Shown here one piece after another: positions 1 to 9,771 of a stretch of DNA of 45,916 nt. Each line of letters begins with the position of its first letter. Positions within the stretch are counted from its first letter, which is position 1. The DNA is from a virus. Lineage: Duplodnaviria; Caudoviricetes. The notes under the pieces were generated by a model. That model ran no database searches and was not told the origin of the DNA. It saw only the letters and a program-made list of their open reading frames with translations. The stretch lies in IMG/VR virus record IMGVR_UViG_3300036786_000080, positions 1 to 45,916 of that record; one strand, given 5' to 3'. The position numbers and the translations under genes were made by a program.

Positions 1-1669
1 GGTCGCTGTGGCCATCCAGGATACGATGAACGGCAAGATCAATGGGCTGCAGACGGCGGCGCGGAATCTGGCGCTGACGTTCGGCAACCAATTCAATCCG
101 CAGATTCGGCAGGCGGTCGACTGGATGACAAGGCTCACCGAGAAGCTGAACCAGATGACGCCGGCGCAGGTCAGCATGGTGACGAGGTTGGCGGCGATGG
201 CCGCTGCGCTCGGTCCCGTCCTGCTAGGTTTGGGCATGGTTACGAAGCTGCTCGGTTTCCTTACCAGCCCGCTCGGCCTCGTTGTTCTGGCGATCGGCGC
301 TCTCGCGCTTGCCTGGGTAACCAACTTCGGCGATATCCAGGGCAAAACGCGCGCGTTCGTCGAGTGGATCAAGCCCTACCTGAAGCAGGCGTGGGACTTC
401 GTGAAGGGCGACTTCCAAAACGCGTGGGACAAGATCAAGAGCTTCTTCCAGGAAATCTGGCCGAAAGTCCAGGTGCTCATGGAGCGGTTTCAGGCGTTCT
501 GGGATAAGCATCATCAGGAGATCATCGGGATTCTGAAAGCAGCCTGGGATGTGATCAAGGGCATCGTGCAGACAGCCTGGGCGATCATCTCGGGTGTCAT
601 CAATGTGGGCCTGGACATTCTGAACGGCGACTGGACGAAGGCGTGGGAGGACACGAAAGCCACATTCAAAGGTGTCTGGGACGGCATGGTCAACATCGTC
701 GGAGGGGCATTCGTCGCGCTGGGCCTGGCGATCGGCGTCGGGTTGGCGGGTGTCGGCGACATCCTGTGGAAGATATTCAAGAGCTGGATCGATATGTGGG
801 CCGACTGGGGCTTTAAGCTCGCGCTTGCAGCCACTAACGCCGCCACGCAGATGGGCCTCGGATTCACGAACGGCATCACCGACATGGTTACGCAGGCCGT
901 GGCCGCCGTGGTTGGCCTGGCCACGAACGTGATTAACGCGCTGCGAGGCGTGCTGGGGATACATTCGCCTTCTGCAGTGATGTATGACATCGGCGTGAAT
1001 ATCGGGCAGGGGCTTGCGAACGGGATCGCGAGCACTCAGAGCATGGTTCAGAGCGCCTGGACGAAGATCGCGACGCTGCCGACCAAGATGGGCGCGGTGA
1101 CAGGCGGCGGAAGCGGTCAGGATGCGAACGGGAATGTGCCGGGCCAGGCGAAGGCGATCAACAGCGGCTCCAGTACTGGCAGCGGGCATTTCCTGGGAAG
1201 CTCTTACTCCGAGGGCTGGCAGTGGACCAATCCAATCAGCGGCGTGCTGGACCCGGCCTTCCAGGCGATCACCGGCGCGATGACCAACGCCCAGGCGAAG
1301 CAGCAGTCGGCGAACTTCGCATGGGCGGCGGATGTGGTTGCGGCGGCGAAGGACCTGCAGGCGAAGTTCAACGTGCAGGCCGGCCTGAGCCCTCTGGCGG
1401 GCGATAATAGCCCGCTGGAGCTGGGCGAGCTCGAGGCGCTGCGCAAGCAGGCCGCCAGTGGCCAGTACAGCAGCATCACGGTCGGGGATAAGACGCTGAC
1501 CAGGCCCGGAAGCACTCCGGCGGCCGGTGCAGGGCAGGCACAAGGCGCTGCCCCTACGGTCGCGCAGACGGTGAATGTCTATGGCGGGATCAATAACGCC
1601 GGCGACTTGCAGACGCTGACGACGCAGATCGTGGATAAGGCGGCCCGGGCGCTGAGGTTCGGAACGTAG
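1..1669 (+). CDS. tape measure protein, C-terminal part (5'-truncated by window edge)
   Basis: Frame open from nt 2; amphipathic Trp/Phe-periodic helical repeats, 'LGIHSPS' motif; upstream of Dit-like gene; N-terminal part at 43831-45916. Confidence 0.9.
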   Translation, partial: VAVAIQDTMNGKINGLQTAARNLALTFGNQFNPQIRQAVDWMTRLTEKLNQMTPAQVSMVTRLAAMAAALGPVLLGLGMVTKLLGFLTSPLGLVVLAIGALALAWVTNFGDIQGKTRAFVEWIKPYLKQAWDFVKGDFQNAWDKIKSFFQEIWPKVQVLMERFQAFWDKHHQEIIGILKAAWDVIKGIVQTAWAIISGVINVGLDILNGDWTKAWEDTKATFKGVWDGMVNIVGGAFVALGLAIGVGLAGVGDILWKIFKSWIDMWADWGFKLALAATNAATQMGLGFTNGITDMVTQAVAAVVGLATNVINALRGVLGIHSPSAVMYDIGVNIGQGLANGIASTQSMVQSAWTKIATLPTKMGAVTGGGSGQDANGNVPGQAKAINSGSSTGSGHFLGSSYSEGWQWTNPISGVLDPAFQAITGAMTNAQAKQQSANFAWAADVVAAAKDLQAKFNVQAGLSPLAGDNSPLELGELEALRKQAASGQYSSITVGDKTLTRPGSTPAAGAGQAQGAAPTVAQTVNVYGGINNAGDLQTLTTQIVDKAARALRFGT

Positions 1670-1676
1670 GGACTCT

Positions 1677-1800
1677 ATCCGCAGATTACGCAGATGGGCG
1701 CAGATTGGAAAAGTCTCGCGCAAAAAGCGCAAAAGCGCAAAGGTTTGCTCGGGCGGAGCCTCGCGCTCCCATCTGTATTCATCTGCGTCATCTGCGGATA
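1677..1800. repeat. composite repeat element: inverted 9-mer arrays enclosing an 8-mer array and a REP-like hairpin
   Basis: ATCCGCAGATTACGCAGAT.. 1677-1705; inverted ATCTGCGTCATCTGCGGAT to 1800; CGCAAAAG-type array 1714-1742; GCTCGGGCGGAGCCTCGCGCTCCC 1747-1770. Confidence 0.85.
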
Positions 1801-1818
1801 AGGCTTTTGAGGCTCTAA

Positions 1819-2562
1819 ATGACTAACTTTGCGCCGGTGTTTGGGGCTTATGATTATCAGGCGGTCGGCGGGGTGTATGTTCAGGAAGTGGACGATCCTG
1901 TTGCTGTGAAGCAGCGGACGGCCGATACGCCTGGGGCCGATGGCGCATTTACTGCCGGGGGATTGCTGGATAAGAAGGTCGTTACGCTCTCGGGGATGAT
2001 CGCTAAGGCGGACGGGACGCTGCGCGATGCGTGGGAAGCGTTCCGGGCGGCCCATGCTCCGGGTCTGCCGCAGGCGCTCTACCTGTACTCCGATCGGTAT
2101 ATGTTTGCCGAGGTGACGGGGATCACGAATTCGAAGTTCAACGCGCTTGCCAACCTGCAGATTGAGTTTGAGGTTCAGTTCACGGGCTGCGATCCGTTTA
2201 CCTATGATACCTCTGTGACAACGACCTCCGGGCTGGATGCCGGCGGGACTGTTACTGCCGTTGGGACTGCGCCGGGCGCGCCAATCTGGACGCTGGTGAT
2301 CGATGATATCGGGACGAATGGCTCCGTGACGGTTACCAATACGACGACTGGCCAGGCCTTCACGTTGAAGCCGGCGGCGACGGGGACCTATTTGATTGAC
2401 TCGAGGCTGCAGACGGTGACGCTCTCCGGAGTGGATGTGAGCGACCAGTTCTCGGGTGTATTTCCGCTGATCGCGGTCGGAGACAATACGATCACGGTGG
2501 CGACGACGCTCAGTCTTTCGGTGGCGAGTCTGGTGTGTGCGGCGCCGGGGCGGTATTGGTAG
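1819..2562 (+). CDS. distal tail (Dit)-like protein
   Basis: Directly after TMP; 'DPFTY' and C-terminal 'FPLIAVGDNTI...RYW' typical of siphovirus Dit. Confidence 0.8.
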   Translation: MTNFAPVFGAYDYQAVGGVYVQEVDDPVAVKQRTADTPGADGAFTAGGLLDKKVVTLSGMIAKADGTLRDAWEAFRAAHAPGLPQALYLYSDRYMFAEVTGITNSKFNALANLQIEFEVQFTGCDPFTYDTSVTTTSGLDAGGTVTAVGTAPGAPIWTLVIDDIGTNGSVTVTNTTTGQAFTLKPAATGTYLIDSRLQTVTLSGVDVSDQFSGVFPLIAVGDNTITVATTLSLSVASLVCAAPGRYW

Positions 2563-2638
2563 GCACTTGGCATTTGGCATTTGGCGTTTGGCATTGGGAT
2601 TGCATTTCACAATTGCCTAATGCCTGCTGCCAAATGCC
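2562..2638. repeat. 7-mer GGCATTT tandem array with inverted partner
   Basis: GGCACTT GGCATTT GGCATTT GGCGTTT GGCATTG ... GCCTAATGCCTGCTGCCAAATGCC. Confidence 0.85.
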
Positions 2639-2667
2639 GTTTTCCCTCGGTTTTACGGAGCTAGAAT

Positions 2668-5600
2668 TTGGCGACTTATGTTTATACGCTCTCTAGCTTT
2701 GGTGCGTGGACGCTTACCGACTTTGCTTCGCTGAGCGGCGGGCTGCGTATCGAGGGGATCATCCATCCCGATACGCCGGTCGGGTGCAACGTTTGGGATG
2801 CCTCGCAGCAGACTTCGATGAGCTGGGAGGATATGGGGGTCCCGCACGGTGAGACTGTAACACAGGTCGTTGCGGTGGCTTCGTGCCGGTTTCAGGACCC
2901 GCTGCCTGACTTCACGGATCTCGATTCCGGCGGCAGTCCGCGGGCCTCTATTTCGGGCTGCAACCTGTGGCTGATGGATCCGGCGTTCGGATATGCCGAC
3001 CACAGTGCGATCAGCGACACGCTCCAGCAGTTCAACTTCGGCAATTTCGGCGACGGCTCGACTTTTGGCAGCTATGACAGCGGCGTGGTTACACGGTCCG
3101 CGACGATCGCGCCTTTCGGCGGCCTTGCCTCGAGCTATGCGTTCGGGATGCTGCTGCAGTCGGGCTTTGTCGAGAAGAACGGCTTCCTGGTCATCTCGCA
3201 GATCGAGTTTACGATCACGACGGCCGGGGGCGGCGGAGGCGGGAATCCGGCGCAGACGATCACGCCGACGAGCGCGCGGATCCATCCTGGCCAGACGGTA
3301 CATTTCTCGACAAATAATCCGGCGAACTTTGGGATCGTGGGCGCGACCGGGAACAACACCGGGAATGTCGACGGCACGGGTGGAGGCAGCGGGCGGCCGG
3401 CGGATGGGAGCATTCCTACTCCGGGCCTCGTGTGGCCGGACGGGGGTGTCGACAGCAACGATCCGAGCACCGGAGTCACTTATCAGGCTCCTGCCGGCGT
3501 CGGCACCTATACCGTCACGGCGGTGGATGCGACCGACGACAGCAACACGGCGACCGCTGAGATCACGGTTGCGCTGGCGACGGTGGACGTCAATGCGCTC
3601 TCCAGTGGGTTTAGCGCGCTTCTGTTCAGCGGCCTGGGCGCGCATAAGCCTCTGCCGGCTTCGAGGCTGACTTCGGCCACGTGGACCGACGAGCGGTATG
3701 GCGGCTGGACCGGGTTCACGGTTGAGATCGGGATTTCGCTGGGCGAGGCGATTCCGGCGGCTCAGGGCGATATCTTCGAGTTCTACTGGAAGGGCGAGCG
3801 CCGGTATCGCGGGTTTGTCAGCGACATTATTGTCGAGGAATTGGATCCGCCGAAGCTGACGATCGCGGGTTACGGGATCGCGTTTCAGGCCGGGAAGCCG
3901 GTCCTCAATCATGCGCTGGTCTATGCTTCCGCGACCGATATCGCGCGAGTCTTTGCGGACATCTGCAAGGAGTTCGTATCGCCCAACTTCGTGGGCCTGG
4001 TGATCGACGCGCAGCCGGTCGGGGCTTCGGTGCAGCTGATCGAGAGCACGTATCAGCAGGTCGCCGATGTCGTGCAGGACCTGTGCGAGAACCAGGCGGA
4101 GAATCTGGCGCTCTGGGGCGGCGACGCGGATGAGAATGGCAACAACCGGGTCTATATCAAGCCGTTCTCGAGTGAGATCGATTGGGGCGTACTGGTCCCG
4201 GGTCCGAACACGACGGCGGGCAAGAGCGAGTCGCAGGCCGGGGATATTGTCAATCGGCTGACGATTCTGGGCGGGAATCCGCGCTATCCCAATCTCGTTT
4301 ACAATTCGTCGTTTGAGCGGCCGCGGTTCACGGGTGAGAGCGAGGGGAATGTCCTGCTCGATCCTGACTTCGAGGCGGGCACCGATTGGAGCGGGAGCGG
4401 CTCTCGGATCACGGCGAGCAGCTCCGAAGGCTCGGCTTATACCGGCTCGCACATGTGGCAGACGGAAGCCTCGCCTAAGAACGGGACGCAGGCGCAGAAC
4501 CCTTCGGCGGTCGCGATCGTGCCGGGCTGGGACTATGTGATCGGTGTCAACTGCCGGGCGGAGACGCTGCTGACCACCGCGGCGGGCCTGGTCACCGTCG
4601 TTTGGAAAGACAGCAGCGGCTCGACGCTGCAGACGGATACGCTGGCGGTTCCGGCGATTGGAGACCCACAAGGGGTCACCCTACAGTGGCAGACCTTTCA
4701 GACAGTCGTGAGAGCGCCCGCGGGAGCGACCGGCTACTCGTTCGAGGTGAAGACGGCATCCGGAGGCGCGACCGGCGCAGGCCTCCACTGGGACGCGTGC
4801 GAGCTCGCGCCGGCGTCGGTGATCTACCAGGACAAATGGGAGATCGATCTGCTGGGTTCGGCCGCGATCAATCGGCTGAACTGGGCTTATCGGGACGGAA
4901 TCGACGGCGGGTATTGTTTGCTCGCGGACCTCTCGGCAAGCGACAGCGATGCGAATTACGGCGCGTTGCAGCCATTGGGATCGGAGCATTTCGAGGTCCA
5001 GGGCGGGACGACGTATGTTGTCAGCGCCTACTTTAAGTCGCCTCCTGGAGTGACCTCGAACGGCAAGCTGAGACTCGAGGTTCAGGAGTTCAACGCGGCC
5101 GGCGCCGAGACGATCGTCACGCATGTGAACATCGCGGCGGGATCCGGATGGACCGATTGGACGCAGGAGTTCGGTTCGGTCACGATGGACCCGGCGACGA
5201 CTCATGCGATGGTCCGGATCATCTGGCGCGGCGATTCGGCTGTGCTGATCGATGGAATTTGCTTTCGGGACAGCAGCGCGGGGCACGAATTCATTCGCGA
5301 CGGCCAATTTACCATCCGATTGCAGGCGACCGATACGCGGATGGCGCTCTCGACGGCCGCGCAGGAGAGCACGGCGACCTACGGCGTCCTGGAGGCGACG
5401 GAGACGGTCGAGAGCATCTCGTCGTTGGCCGATGCACTGGTCTTTGGCGAGGCGTACTTCAATCTGCACGCGGTGCCGATCATTTTGCCGACTGTGGATG
5501 TCGTCAACGATGACAGGTTTTTCCGGCCGGGGCAGCTGGTGCGGCTAATCGGTCCGGACGCGGGCGTAATCGGGCACCCACAAGGGGAGCCCCTACCGAT

Positions 5601-6009
5601 TGTGAAGATCGATTGGAGCTGGGACGGTCTGCTGCACGCGTCGCTGGAGATGCAGAAAGAGCAGCCGGATCTTGCTTCGCTGATTAAAGGCAGAAGTCAG
5701 AAGGATGATGTAGGAAGCTCGTCGTTTACTTCCACGAGCGGGGGAGCTGCGCCGCCACCTTCCTCGACGCCCTCCGGAAGCATTTCCGCGACCGCTCCGA
5801 TTGTCGCGGCTCCGGACCCGATCACGGGCGCGGGGACGATCAGCCATGCCGACAGCGGGGTCGCTCCGGGCACTTACAGCGGCGTTACGATCACGGTGGA
5901 TGCGACGGGGCACATCACGGCGATCATGGCTTCTCACCTTGAGCCGATCATTTTGGATGGCGAGATCGTGCTGCTCGACGGCGATATCGTGCTGCTGGAA
6001 GGGGTTTAG
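2668..6009 (+). CDS. large tail-tip (Tal/hub-like) protein with carbohydrate-binding-type modules
   Basis: 1113 aa after Dit; two 'N(L/V)xxxxxFE' starts of CBM4/9-like domains; 'YGVLE...ESI' and 'PGQLV' hub-like motifs; start (TTG) uncertain. Confidence 0.7.
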   Translation: MATYVYTLSSFGAWTLTDFASLSGGLRIEGIIHPDTPVGCNVWDASQQTSMSWEDMGVPHGETVTQVVAVASCRFQDPLPDFTDLDSGGSPRASISGCNLWLMDPAFGYADHSAISDTLQQFNFGNFGDGSTFGSYDSGVVTRSATIAPFGGLASSYAFGMLLQSGFVEKNGFLVISQIEFTITTAGGGGGGNPAQTITPTSARIHPGQTVHFSTNNPANFGIVGATGNNTGNVDGTGGGSGRPADGSIPTPGLVWPDGGVDSNDPSTGVTYQAPAGVGTYTVTAVDATDDSNTATAEITVALATVDVNALSSGFSALLFSGLGAHKPLPASRLTSATWTDERYGGWTGFTVEIGISLGEAIPAAQGDIFEFYWKGERRYRGFVSDIIVEELDPPKLTIAGYGIAFQAGKPVLNHALVYASATDIARVFADICKEFVSPNFVGLVIDAQPVGASVQLIESTYQQVADVVQDLCENQAENLALWGGDADENGNNRVYIKPFSSEIDWGVLVPGPNTTAGKSESQAGDIVNRLTILGGNPRYPNLVYNSSFERPRFTGESEGNVLLDPDFEAGTDWSGSGSRITASSSEGSAYTGSHMWQTEASPKNGTQAQNPSAVAIVPGWDYVIGVNCRAETLLTTAAGLVTVVWKDSSGSTLQTDTLAVPAIGDPQGVTLQWQTFQTVVRAPAGATGYSFEVKTASGGATGAGLHWDACELAPASVIYQDKWEIDLLGSAAINRLNWAYRDGIDGGYCLLADLSASDSDANYGALQPLGSEHFEVQGGTTYVVSAYFKSPPGVTSNGKLRLEVQEFNAAGAETIVTHVNIAAGSGWTDWTQEFGSVTMDPATTHAMVRIIWRGDSAVLIDGICFRDSSAGHEFIRDGQFTIRLQATDTRMALSTAAQESTATYGVLEATETVESISSLADALVFGEAYFNLHAVPIILPTVDVVNDDRFFRPGQLVRLIGPDAGVIGHPQGEPLPIVKIDWSWDGLLHASLEMQKEQPDLASLIKGRSQKDDVGSSSFTSTSGGAAPPPSSTPSGSISATAPIVAAPDPITGAGTISHADSGVAPGTYSGVTITVDATGHITAIMASHLEPIILDGEIVLLDGDIVLLEGV

Positions 6010-6012
6010 TGG

Positions 6013-6993
6013 ATGGCACTCTGGAGCGCGGGGGTCGGGCGCGGCCTGCACGCCGACCGTCCATCGGCCGGACCGGCGGGAAATACGGGCCGGCTTTATT
6101 ACGAGACCGATACTCAGGCATGGTTCCAGGATGACGGCGCCGCGTGGCAGACGGCGGATCCGAATGTCGGAGCGCTTGGCGCTCTGCTTGCTGCCAATAA
6201 TCTGTCGGACGTCGCGAATGCCGGCACTGCTCGATCGAACCTTGGATTGGCGATCGGCACGAATGTGCAGGCCTTCGATTCGGAGCTGGCTGCCATTGCC
6301 GGGCTGACTTCGGCTGCAGACAAACTGCCTTACTTCACGGGAAGCGGCACCGCCTCTCTGACGGACCTGACCGCCGCAGGGCGCGCTTTGATCGACGATG
6401 CGAATGCGGCAGCGCAGCGGACGACGCTTGGGCTGGGCACGGTCTCAACGGCCGATATCGACACCGATACGAGCCTGTCGGCGAACTCAGATACGCGTGT
6501 TCCCTCTCAGAAGGCGATCAAATCCTTTATCGCCACAGCGCTCATTGGTGAAGTGGTCTACCAGGGCGTCTGGAATGCGAATACGAACTCGCCGACCCTG
6601 GCCAGCGGGACCGGGACGAATGGGCAGTACTACCGAGTTGGAACGGCCGGCACCACGACGATCGACGGTGTGTCTGTCTGGAGCGTCGGCGATTTCATTC
6701 TGTTCAACGGCACGATCTGGGAAAAGGTTGACAATACCGAAGACGACGCGAGCAGCTCGGTCAAGGGCGTGGTCCAGCTCACAAACGATCTTGGCGGGAC
6801 AGCGGCGCTGCCAACCGTGCCGGAAGTGAGGACGGCGCGCGACAGCAGCCGCTACGGTGTTTTCGCTTCGCTGGACGCCCGGCTGGAGGCGATCGAGGCT
6901 GCGATGGCCGCTGCGGGCGTCTTCGTGGTTCCGGCCTCAGGTCCGAGCTTCGACTTCAGCCAACCGACCAACAGTCAGTATCTAGGCGCTTAA
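6013..6993 (+). CDS. tail fibre-like protein
   Basis: 'NNLSDVANAGTARSNLGL', 'AADKLPYFTGSGTA', 'YQGVWNANTNSPTL' motifs common in tail fibres. Confidence 0.75.
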   Translation: MALWSAGVGRGLHADRPSAGPAGNTGRLYYETDTQAWFQDDGAAWQTADPNVGALGALLAANNLSDVANAGTARSNLGLAIGTNVQAFDSELAAIAGLTSAADKLPYFTGSGTASLTDLTAAGRALIDDANAAAQRTTLGLGTVSTADIDTDTSLSANSDTRVPSQKAIKSFIATALIGEVVYQGVWNANTNSPTLASGTGTNGQYYRVGTAGTTTIDGVSVWSVGDFILFNGTIWEKVDNTEDDASSSVKGVVQLTNDLGGTAALPTVPEVRTARDSSRYGVFASLDARLEAIEAAMAAAGVFVVPASGPSFDFSQPTNSQYLGA

Positions 6994-7009
6994 TCGCGAG
7001 GGGGATAGT

Positions 7010-7450
7010 GTGGCAGACAACATCAGTGTAAAAGATGGCGCAAATGCGAGCGTGACGATCGTCACCAAGGACACCGGCGGCGGCGTGCAGATGTATAAGC
7101 ATGCGGTTGCAGATGCCAGCACGCCGGCGAACACGCTCGGGATCGATAGCAGCAATCGCGCTGCGACCTATGTCAAGGCGATGCAGGGCGCAGCAAATAT
7201 CGCTGTTTCCCAGGTCGCGACATCTACCACGGCTGCGACGCTGGCCATTGCCAGGGCTACCCGGCGGTCGCTCACGATCAAGAATATGGATGCGGCGATC
7301 ACGGTCTACGTCGGGCCCGCGACGGTGAGCAGCAGCGTCGGTATGCCCCTCAAGGCCGGTGAGAGTATCACAGTCACCTGGGTGGGGCTTGTGCAGGTGA
7401 TTTCCGCAAGCGGAACGCCCACTGTGGCGATCTCGGATGAGTACGACTAA
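7010..7450 (+). CDS. putative virion structural protein
   Basis: Beta-rich, Ala/Thr-rich, RBS-like GAGGGG, coupled to next gene. Confidence 0.6.
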   Translation: MADNISVKDGANASVTIVTKDTGGGVQMYKHAVADASTPANTLGIDSSNRAATYVKAMQGAANIAVSQVATSTTAATLAIARATRRSLTIKNMDAAITVYVGPATVSSSVGMPLKAGESITVTWVGLVQVISASGTPTVAISDEYD

Positions 7451-8211
7451 TGGCACCGATCCCTAGCATCCCGAGTTTGCCGTCTGTTGCCTACGCGAGC
7501 CATATTCCGGCGGGCGGGTTTGGGCAGGGGCTGCCTGGCGGAGCGGTTTCCATCACGACGCCTACCTCGTTTTGGCGACTTGAAGAGGCCAGCGGCACGC
7601 GGGTAGACAGTGGCGCGGGTGGCAACGATCTCAATCTCAATAATGGCACGCCGGGGAACGCGGCGGGGCTAAACGGGAATGCCCTATCTCTGGTGGCTGC
7701 GAGTTCGCAGTATGTGGGGATTGCCGACAATGCGTCTCTCTCGATGGGTACCGGCGTGGCGTTTTCCTTCTCAGGATGGGTAAAGCTTAACGCGCTCGGG
7801 ACATTGACGGCGATTTTTGCGAAGGGTTCGACCACCGAGTATGGTTTATTCTATATCAACGGAAGCAACGTTCTTCAGTTCTATGTTACGGATGGTTCAG
7901 GGACATCACATACCCTGAATTCGTCAAATACTGTTTCTTCAGGGGTTTGGATATTTTTCGCCGTCACTTGTGATGGAAACACAAGTGGCACGGTGACGGT
8001 TAATACAACAACCGCAACGACTGCGAGTTTTGCGGAGGCCCGTGACCTCGCTGGTCAGTTCGATATTGGTTCTCGTCTTGGCTCGTTCCCGGTAGATGGA
8101 CTGATTGACAGCGTAGGGTTCTGGAAGGGGCATGTTCTGACGGCGCCGGAAATAACCGCTCTCTACAATGCCGGGGCGGGAACTGAATACTATTCAGGGG
8201 CATGGCACTAG
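7450..8211 (+). CDS. LamG/concanavalin-A-like lectin domain protein (candidate receptor binding)
   Basis: 'FWRLEEASGTRVDS', 'FSFSGWVK', 'W.FFAVT', 'DGLIDSVGFW...LTAPEITALYN'. Confidence 0.85.
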   Translation: MAPIPSIPSLPSVAYASHIPAGGFGQGLPGGAVSITTPTSFWRLEEASGTRVDSGAGGNDLNLNNGTPGNAAGLNGNALSLVAASSQYVGIADNASLSMGTGVAFSFSGWVKLNALGTLTAIFAKGSTTEYGLFYINGSNVLQFYVTDGSGTSHTLNSSNTVSSGVWIFFAVTCDGNTSGTVTVNTTTATTASFAEARDLAGQFDIGSRLGSFPVDGLIDSVGFWKGHVLTAPEITALYNAGAGTEYYSGAWH

Positions 8212-8254
8212 GAGTGTGCGTGCGATCGGACAAGTGGGACGCGCGAGGAAAAAA

Positions 8255-8292
8255 GTTCCGAGTTGATGACCCGGAACCCGGAACAAGGAACT
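8255..8292. repeat. 7-mer TTCCGAG/CCGGAAC array (inverted arrangement)
   Basis: GTTCCGAGTT ... CCCGGAACCCGGAACAAGGAAC. Confidence 0.6.
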
Positions 8293-8351
8293 GTCTTGAT
8301 TAGTATATGCCGCTCGCCTGCCGAGTGTGCAGAGAAAATTGAGCAAATCTT

Positions 8352-8380
8352 GAGAGCCGGCCGAAAGGCGGCTCTTTTTT
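8352..8380 (+). terminator. intrinsic terminator
   Basis: GAGAGCCGGCC-GAAA-GGCGGCTC followed by T6. Confidence 0.75.
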
Positions 8381-8394
8381 GTTGGGAGTTGGCG

Positions 8395-8661
8395 ATGTCT
8401 GTTGAGAGTGGGCGATCGGAGCGGGCGGCATTGTTCGGCGGCTGGGTCCAAGTGGCTGCGCTGGTGGTGACGCTCATCATTGCGATTGGTGGGGCGATCG
8501 TGTTTTCGGAGTCGCGGGCTGCGCGGTCGGATTCGGCGGCGACGGTCGCGGAGAAGCAGGCGGCGGACCACGAGACTCGGCTTCGGCGACTCGAGGAGAG
8601 CTGGCTGCGGATGGAAGGCAAGATCGATCGGATCGCGGACCGGGTGGGCGCGCGTCGGTAG
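8395..8661 (+). CDS. single-TM membrane protein with coiled coil (holin/anti-holin-like)
   Basis: One hydrophobic helix, C-terminal 'HETRLRRLEE...KIDRI'; lysis-module position. Confidence 0.55.
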   Translation: MSVESGRSERAALFGGWVQVAALVVTLIIAIGGAIVFSESRAARSDSAATVAEKQAADHETRLRRLEESWLRMEGKIDRIADRVGARR

Positions 8662-8668
8662 AGGCTTT

Positions 8669-8737
8669 ATCCGCAGATTACGCAGATGGTCGCAGAGAAG
8701 GCATTGCATCTGAATTCATCTGCGTAATCTGCGGATA
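8669..8737. repeat. inverted 9-mer CGCAGATTA arrays
   Basis: ATCCGCAGATTACGCAGAT 8669.. and ATCTGCGTAATCTGCGGATA ..8737. Confidence 0.85.
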
Positions 8738-8761
8738 GGTTTTTGAGTGGAAAGGCAAACC

Positions 8762-8950
8762 ATGTTTCAGAGCATCTTTGATTGGATATTTCACAGGGCT
8801 TTGCGGATATCTTCGGCTTCGGTGAAGAAGATCGCTTCGATGACCGGGCAGGACCCGGCGAAGGTCGTCGCGGTGAATGACGCGGTCGCCGGGATTGTGG
8901 CAGACCAGGCGGTCCAGGCGGCTCAGAAGGCCGCTGGTGTGCAGCAGTGA
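8762..8950 (+). CDS. hypothetical protein
   Basis: ORF in lysis operon, GTGA overlap with next gene. Confidence 0.55.
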   Translation: MFQSIFDWIFHRALRISSASVKKIASMTGQDPAKVVAVNDAVAGIVADQAVQAAQKAAGVQQ

Positions 8951-9159
8951 AGCCGCTGGAGATCTGGGAGCAGTGGCGGCGCGTTGGCAGTGAGGCCCTG
9001 CTTCTGTGCGGGTCCGCGCTGATGTTGATCGCTGCGAATCAGGCCGATATCGCGGCGATGTTCCCTTCGAAGAAGGTAGGCGCGTTCCTGCTGGTCTGCG
9101 GGTTTCTGGACCGGCTGTATGTGAAGTGGCGCGAAATGAAGAAGGACGGCACGCTGTGA
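8947..9159 (+). CDS. putative holin
   Basis: 70 aa, two hydrophobic segments, basic C-terminus, GTGA overlap with endolysin. Confidence 0.6.
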   Translation: MKPLEIWEQWRRVGSEALLLCGSALMLIAANQADIAAMFPSKKVGAFLLVCGFLDRLYVKWREMKKDGTL

Positions 9160-9707
9160 AGATTGACCTGAAGCGGATCTTCGCGCTGGCGGTGGTGATC
9201 GCGGCGGAATACTGCGCGGCCGGGATCCACGAGGTTGGCGGGAATAATCATGGCGACCAGGTGGAGTTCTACCTGGTCGCGGCGGGATCGGAGCCTGGGC
9301 AGCCCTGGTGCTGCGCGTTTGTGTTTACCTGCCTGCTGAAGGCGTGGGCGCGGCTGTCCGGGATCGATGAGAGCCGGGATTCGCTGCTGGCGAATGTCGG
9401 GCGGTTTTGCCGGGAGACGGGCATCCCTCGGACGGCGAGCTGCGCGGCGATGTGGGCTGCTTTCGAGCACATGGGGCTGACGCGGGATCTGAATGCGACC
9501 TGTCCTGCCGGGTCGCTGGTGTTCTTTCATTTTCATGGGGAGCTGGCGCCTCATCATATCGGGTTTGTGCGGACGAGCTCGTTTCGGGACCGGATCGTGG
9601 GGACGATCGAGGGGAACACCGGGGCCGTGAGCCAGGCTGATGGCGACGGCGTGCTGATGAAGATGCGGAATCGTTCGATTGTGTTTGGGTTTGCGGTGGC
9701 GGCTTAG
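9156..9707 (+). CDS. CHAP-domain endolysin
   Basis: 'EVGGNNHG', 'PWCCAFV' (Cys), 'HHIGFV' (His), 'TIEGNT'. Confidence 0.88.
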   Translation: MKIDLKRIFALAVVIAAEYCAAGIHEVGGNNHGDQVEFYLVAAGSEPGQPWCCAFVFTCLLKAWARLSGIDESRDSLLANVGRFCRETGIPRTASCAAMWAAFEHMGLTRDLNATCPAGSLVFFHFHGELAPHHIGFVRTSSFRDRIVGTIEGNTGAVSQADGDGVLMKMRNRSIVFGFAVAA

Positions 9708-9771
9708 GGGATTGTCTCGCGCGAAAACGCAAAAGCGCAAAGGGTATGATGTTGGTAAGGAGGGCGAAGCA

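Noticed and set aside
224-5469. Long antisense ORFs (e.g. 224-1732, 2653-4671; also 15284-16747, 30761-32464, 39726-41015)
   Set aside because: Arg-rich shadow frames of GC-rich real genes with no motifs
7450-8211. Diversity-generating retroelement target
   Set aside because: No reverse transcriptase and no template/variable repeat pair seen
8340-8380. c-di-GMP riboswitch (GCAAA and GAAA tetraloop)
   Set aside because: No second stem with tetraloop receptor; a simple terminator explains it
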